64,000 nucleotides of DNA from NCBI GenBank assembly GCA_964291295.2, contig OZ219754.1, forward strand, positions 1,312,001 through 1,376,000. Direction: 5' to 3'. The translations under genes and the position numbers were made by a program. Positions 59,011 through 64,000 of the stretch are shown one piece after another (the stretch's first letter is position 1; the number at the start of each line of letters is the position of its first letter). Under the pieces are notes generated by a model. It saw only the letters and a list, made by a program, of their open reading frames with translations, was not told the origin of the DNA and ran no database searches. The DNA is from an uncultured Candidatus Binatia bacterium (GTDB lineage Bacteria; Desulfobacterota; Binatia; UBA9968; JAJDTQ01).

Positions 59011-59526
59011 GTGGATCGTCAGGAAAAGACGGCAGTCGTCGGTGAGTTCAAGGAGCGGTTCACCAACGCCACCATGGCGGTGGTGACCGACTATCGCGGG
59101 CTGTCCGTCGGCAAGATGACGCAGCTTCGTTGCGACGTTCGCGAGGCGGCCGGAGAGTACAGGATCGCCAAGAACAACCTGGTGCGGCTGGCGATAAGGG
59201 AGACGTCGTATCAGGCCCTGGAGGACTGCCTGACCGGTCCCAACGGCTGGGTGTTCGCCTACGACGACCCCGTGGTTCTTTCGAAGGCCCTGGTCAGGTT
59301 CGCGGAGCAGAACCAGGAGTTGACCATCAAGGGCGCGGTTCTGGACGGAGAGTTGCTGGAGCCCGTCCGGTTCAAGGGGTTGGCCAGCTTGCCGAGCCTG
59401 CCGGAACTGCAGGCGCAGGTGCTTTCACTGATGCAGGCGCCGGCCAGCCGCCTGTTGCGGACCATCCAGGAGCCGGGGGGTCAACTGGTGCGGCTGCTCG
59501 ACGCGCTCAAGGAAGGCAAGGGATAG
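59011..59526 (+). CDS. rplJ: 50S ribosomal protein L10
   Basis: DYRGLSV, KNNL, LASLPS; GTG start with GGAGA SD. Confidence 0.95.
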   Translation: MDRQEKTAVVGEFKERFTNATMAVVTDYRGLSVGKMTQLRCDVREAAGEYRIAKNNLVRLAIRETSYQALEDCLTGPNGWVFAYDDPVVLSKALVRFAEQNQELTIKGAVLDGELLEPVRFKGLASLPSLPELQAQVLSLMQAPASRLLRTIQEPGGQLVRLLDALKEGKG

Positions 59527-59622
59527 GGACGGCTCTCCGACCGCCCCGCGTGCGCGGGCGGCGCGACCACGGCCAGGGGGTCGGGAGATCGCCATCACGA
59601 CATTCGAGGGGGGAGTTGACCA

Positions 59623-59994
59623 ATGGAAGTGAGTCGGGAACAAGTCAAGGATTTCATCAAGAACATGTCGCTGCTGGAAGCGGCGAGCCTGGTGAAGGAG
59701 CTGGAGGAAGAACTCGGCGTGAGTGCGGCGGCGCCCGTCGCCGTGGCCGCGGCGCCCGTCGCCGAGGCGGCGGTTGAGGAAAAGACCGAGTTCGACGCCG
59801 TGTTGACCAGTGCCGGCGAGAAGAAGATCCAGGTCATCAAGGTGGTCCGGGAGATCACGGGCCTGGGGTTGAAGGAGGCCAAGGACCTCGTCGACGGGGC
59901 GCCGAAGAACGTCAAGGAGGGCGTGTCGAAGGACGAGGCCGAGGACGTCAAGAACAAGATCGAGGAGGTGGGCGGACAGGTTGAAGTCAAGTAG
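59623..59994 (+). CDS. rplL: 50S ribosomal protein L7/L12
   Basis: [30 protein letters not shown]. Confidence 0.97.
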   Translation: MEVSREQVKDFIKNMSLLEAASLVKELEEELGVSAAAPVAVAAAPVAEAAVEEKTEFDAVLTSAGEKKIQVIKVVREITGLGLKEAKDLVDGAPKNVKEGVSKDEAEDVKNKIEEVGGQVEVK

Positions 59995-60066
59995 CGTAGC
60001 CGGATGCCGGAGGCCCGGCCGCAAGTGCCGGACGTCATTGGTCAGGGTCGAGTGAAAGGGGAGCGC

Positions 60067-63000
60067 ATGCCGGTTCAGGTAGCCAACAATGTGAGACTGC
60101 GCCGGGGCTTCGGGCGGACCCGGAAAATCATCGATCTGCCGTATCTCGTCGAGATACAGAGAAACTCCTACGATCTTTTCCTGCAGCGGGAGGTTCCGGA
60201 AGACCAGCGGCAGGACATCGGCCTGCAGGCCGTGTTCAAGTCCGTGTTTCCCATCAGGGACTTCAACGACACGGCTTCGCTGGAATACGTCAGCTATTCC
60301 CTGGGGGAGCCCAAGTACGACGTCGACGAGTGTCACGAGCGAGGCATGAACTTTGCCGCGCCGCTCAAGGTGACGGTGCGGCTGGTGCTCTGGGACGTCG
60401 ACGCCCAGAGCGACTCCCGGAGCATCCGCAACGTCAAGGAACAGGAAGTCTACTTCGGCGAGGTGCCGCTGATGACCCGGAATGGCACCTTCATGATCAA
60501 CGGCACCGAGCGGGTCATTGTCAGTCAGCTCCACCGCTCGCCGGGCGTGTTCTTCGAGCACGACAAGGGCAAGACCCACGCCAGCGGAAAGTTCCTGTAC
60601 TCGGCCCGGGTCATCCCCTATCGTGGTTCGTGGCTCGACTTCGAGTTCGATCCCAAGGACATCCTGTTCGTCCGCATCGACCGCCGGCGGAAACTCCATG
60701 TCACCGTCCTGCTGCGCGCCTTGGGAATGGAGCCCGAGGAGCTGCTGCAGTACTTCTACAAGACCGATACGGTGGAGTGTGGCGGCGACCGGCCCATGCT
60801 CGACGTGAAGCCCCGGCAGCTCCTGGGGCTGAAGGCGACCTGCGACGTCCGGGATCCGGCAACCAACAATCTCATCGTCCGGGAAGGGCGCCGCTTCACG
60901 CGCGCGGTGATGCGCCAGATCGAAAATGCGCAGATCCGGCAGGTCCCCATCACATGGGAGGACGTCGTGGGCCGGGTGGCGGCGCACGACATCGTCGATC
61001 CGAAGTCGAGCCAGGTGATCGTCGAATGCAATGAGGCCATTACCCAGGAGAGTCTGGACCACATCCGTGACAGCCGGGTCGGCCGTTTCGAAGTGTTCTT
61101 CCTGGACGATGCGGAGACCGGACCCTTTCTGCGCAACACGCTCCTGCAGGACAAGATGCAGTCCAGCGAGGAGGCTCTGAAGGAGATCTACCGGCGGTTG
61201 CGTCCGGGGGACCCCCCGACCCGGGAGACCGCCGCCACCTTCTTCAAGAACCTGTTCTTCAGCGCCGACCGCTATGATCTGTCGCGGGTCGGACGGCTGA
61301 AGCTCAACCACCGGCTCAAGCTGGATGCGCCCCTGGAGCACGGCGTTCTGCGCAAGGAAGACATTCTCGAGGTCGTGCGCTACCTCATCGTGTTGAGAAA
61401 CGGCGGCGGGTCCGTGGACGATATCGACCACTTGGGCAATCGCCGAGTGAGGCCGGTGGGCGAGCTCGTGGAGAATCATTTCCGTATCGGCCTCGTGCGC
61501 ATGGAGCGGGCCATCAAGGAGAAGATGAGCCTGCAGGATATCGACACGCTGATGCCGCAGGAATTCATCAACCACAAGCCGGTTTCCGCGGCCCTGAAGG
61601 AGTTCTTCGGTTCGAGCCAGTTGTCCCAGTTCCTGGACCAGACCAATCCGCTGTCGGAGATCACCCACAAGCGGCGGTTGTCCGCGCTGGGTCCCGGTGG
61701 CCTTACGCGGGAGCGGGCCGGCTTCGAAGTCCGCGACGTCCATCCGACCCACTATGGCCGGGTCTGCCCCATCGAGACACCGGAGGGGCCGAATATCGGC
61801 CTCATTGCCTCGCTGTCCACTTACGCGCGGGTGAACGAGTTCGGTTTCATCGAGACGCCCTACCGGGAGGTTCTGGAAGGGCGGGTGACGGACCGAATCC
61901 GGTTTCTTTCCGCGCTGGAAGAGGAGGACCATGTCATCGCGCAGGCCAATGCGGCCCTCGATTCCGAGGGTCGGTTCGCGCAGGACCTGGTGTCCGCCCG
62001 CAAGTCCGGCGAGTTCGTGATGGCCCACCCGGACAGCGTGAACTTCATGGATGTGTCGCCCAATCAGCTCGTGAGCGTCGCCGCCTCGCTCATCCCCTTT
62101 CTGGAGAACGACGATGCCAATCGGGCGCTGATGGGCTCCAACATGCAGCGCCAGGCCGTGCCGCTGCTGCGCCCGGAGGCGCCGCTGGTGGGTACCGGAA
62201 TGGAGCAGGTGGTGGCCCGGGACTCCGGTGCAACGGTGGTGGCGGCCCGGAGCGGCACGGTGGAGAGCGTCGACTCCACCCGAATCGTCATCAAGGCCGA
62301 CCAGGCTTCCGGCGCGTATGCGGACACCGGCGTGGATATCTACAGCCTGGTCAAGTACCAGCGCTCGAATCAGAACACCTGCATCAACCAGCGGCCCATC
62401 GCGCGCGTCGGCGACTACGTGAACGAGGGGGACGTCGTCGCCGACGGGCCGTCCACCGAGATCGGGGATCTCGCGCTGGGGCGGAACCTGCTCGTGGCGC
62501 TCATGCCTTGGGGCGGCTACAACTTCGAGGACTCGATTCTCATCAGCGAACGGGTGGTCAAGGAGGACATCTATACCTCGGTCCACATCGAGGAGTTCGA
62601 GTGCGTGTCCCGGGACACCAAGCTGGGCCCCGAGGAGATCACACGGGACATACCCAACGCCGGCGACGAGGCCCTCAAGGACCTTGATGAGAGCGGGGTG
62701 ATACGGATCGGGGCGGAGGTGAAGCCCGGAGACGTGCTGGTGGGAAAGATCACCCCCAAGGGCGAGACCCAGCTTTCCCCTGAAGAGAAACTGTTGCGCG
62801 CGATCTTCGGGGAGAAGGCGGGCGAGGTGCGGGATTCATCCCTCAAGGTGCCTCCGGGCGTCGAGGGCACCGTCATCAACGTCAGGATCTTCTCGCGCAA
62901 GGGCATCGACAAGGATGAGCGCACCCGGGACATCGAGAGCCAGGAAGTCGCGCGGCTCAACAAGGACCAGCACGACCAGGTCCGCATCGTCCAGGACGGC

Positions 63001-64000
63001 GCCGTCAAGCGGCTGAAGGAGTTGCTGGCGGGCAGCCGCGCCGCGGCGCGGCTCACGGACGAGAACCGCAAGGTCCTGATCGCCAAGGGTGACGAACTGA
63101 CCGGGGAGATTCTCGACCGCATCCCCCTTTCCTTTCTCGCGGATGTCAAGCTGGACGATCCGGAGCGGCAGAGCGAGGCGGCGCGGGTGGTTGCCAGCGC
63201 CATGGCGCAGGTCGAGTCCCTGAAGGTCCGCTTTCAGGACAAGATCAGCCGGTTGACCAGCGGCGACGAACTGCCTCCCGGCATGATCAAGATGGTGAAG
63301 GTGCTGGTGGCCATCAAGCGCAAGCTGCAGGTGGGCGACAAGATGGCGGGACGTCACGGCAACAAGGGCGTCATTTCCTGCATCCTGGCGGAAGAGGACA
63401 TGCCGTACCTGGGCGACGGGACTCCCGTGGACATGGTGCTGAACCCGCTGGGTGTGCCGTCGCGCATGAATGTCGGTCAGATCCTGGAAGCCCACCTGGG
63501 TTGGGCGGCACGCAGCCTGGGCCAGCAGATCCAGGCGCTTCTCGACCAGAACTCGGGGGCGGTCACGGCCCGGCTGAAGGACTGTCTGGGTGAGGGCGAA
63601 TCGAGCAAGGTCGGTCTCGACGAACTGCCCGCGGAAGACGTGCGCCGTCTGGCGGCGAAATACCGGGAGGGCGTCCATCTGGCCTCGCCGGTGTTCGACG
63701 GCGCCCGGGAAGAGGAGATATTCAACCTCCTGAAGAAGGCGGGTCTGCCGGTTACCGGCCAGGTGACCCTGTATGACGGCCGCAACGGTGAGCCCTTCGA
63801 CGAGAAGGTGACCGTCGGCGTCATGTACATGATGAAGCTGCATCACCTGGTGGACGACAAGATCCATGCCCGCTCCACCGGCCCCTACTCGCTGGTGACC
63901 CAGCAGCCGCTCGGCGGCAAGGCGCAGTTCGGCGGTCAGCGCCTGGGCGAGATGGAGGTGTGGGCCCTCGAAGCGTACGGGGCGGCCTATACGCTGCAGG
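60067..64000 (+). CDS. rpoB: RNA polymerase beta subunit (runs off the window)
   Basis: [16 protein letters not shown].., [64 protein letters not shown]. Confidence 0.98.
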   Translation, partial: MPVQVANNVRLRRGFGRTRKIIDLPYLVEIQRNSYDLFLQREVPEDQRQDIGLQAVFKSVFPIRDFNDTASLEYVSYSLGEPKYDVDECHERGMNFAAPLKVTVRLVLWDVDAQSDSRSIRNVKEQEVYFGEVPLMTRNGTFMINGTERVIVSQLHRSPGVFFEHDKGKTHASGKFLYSARVIPYRGSWLDFEFDPKDILFVRIDRRRKLHVTVLLRALGMEPEELLQYFYKTDTVECGGDRPMLDVKPRQLLGLKATCDVRDPATNNLIVREGRRFTRAVMRQIENAQIRQVPITWEDVVGRVAAHDIVDPKSSQVIVECNEAITQESLDHIRDSRVGRFEVFFLDDAETGPFLRNTLLQDKMQSSEEALKEIYRRLRPGDPPTRETAATFFKNLFFSADRYDLSRVGRLKLNHRLKLDAPLEHGVLRKEDILEVVRYLIVLRNGGGSVDDIDHLGNRRVRPVGELVENHFRIGLVRMERAIKEKMSLQDIDTLMPQEFINHKPVSAALKEFFGSSQLSQFLDQTNPLSEITHKRRLSALGPGGLTRERAGFEVRDVHPTHYGRVCPIETPEGPNIGLIASLSTYARVNEFGFIETPYREVLEGRVTDRIRFLSALEEEDHVIAQANAALDSEGRFAQDLVSARKSGEFVMAHPDSVNFMDVSPNQLVSVAASLIPFLENDDANRALMGSNMQRQAVPLLRPEAPLVGTGMEQVVARDSGATVVAARSGTVESVDSTRIVIKADQASGAYADTGVDIYSLVKYQRSNQNTCINQRPIARVGDYVNEGDVVADGPSTEIGDLALGRNLLVALMPWGGYNFEDSILISERVVKEDIYTSVHIEEFECVSRDTKLGPEEITRDIPNAGDEALKDLDESGVIRIGAEVKPGDVLVGKITPKGETQLSPEEKLLRAIFGEKAGEVRDSSLKVPPGVEGTVINVRIFSRKGIDKDERTRDIESQEVARLNKDQHDQVRIVQDGAVKRLKELLAGSRAAARLTDENRKVLIAKGDELTGEILDRIPLSFLADVKLDDPERQSEAARVVASAMAQVESLKVRFQDKISRLTSGDELPPGMIKMVKVLVAIKRKLQVGDKMAGRHGNKGVISCILAEEDMPYLGDGTPVDMVLNPLGVPSRMNVGQILEAHLGWAARSLGQQIQALLDQNSGAVTARLKDCLGEGESSKVGLDELPAEDVRRLAAKYREGVHLASPVFDGAREEEIFNLLKKAGLPVTGQVTLYDGRNGEPFDEKVTVGVMYMMKLHHLVDDKIHARSTGPYSLVTQQPLGGKAQFGGQRLGEMEVWALEAYGAAYTLQ

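Overview
GC-rich bacterial chromosomal window, mostly housekeeping. Gene order and protein style look Deltaproteobacteria/Binatia-like, possibly a host-associated lineage (inference, not searched). Left to right: a Yej-type peptide ABC operon (minus strand); a decaying mobile-DNA hotspot (DUF4338-like relic, a full-length IS1634-family element with TIRs, CTAG duplication and frameshifted transposase, and an orphan beta-barrel C-terminus); menB followed by a 26-codon menA stub; an orphan OppD/OppF pair; greA coupled to a six-gene MoxR-DUF58-VWA operon ending in a 1440-aa triple-VWA fusion protein; era, der, dprA, trmFO, an orphan ABC ATPase and ilvE; a lipidated S8 protease autotransporter plus a membrane-anchored 12-heptad coiled-coil protein; a PDH operon flanked by two lipoylation genes; fdx, csp, a polyprenyl synthase, an aldehyde dehydrogenase and rph; 12 tRNAs; tig-clpP-clpX-lon; rplM-rpsI; lptFG; rlmB; and the tuf-rpmG-secE-nusG-rplKAJL-rpoB cluster. 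The most striking signal not explained by annotation is a window-wide pattern of tandem micro-duplications with a 12-14 bp period in many intergenic spacers, which suggests a specific duplication-generating process. All calls come from reading motifs by eye; no database searches were run.
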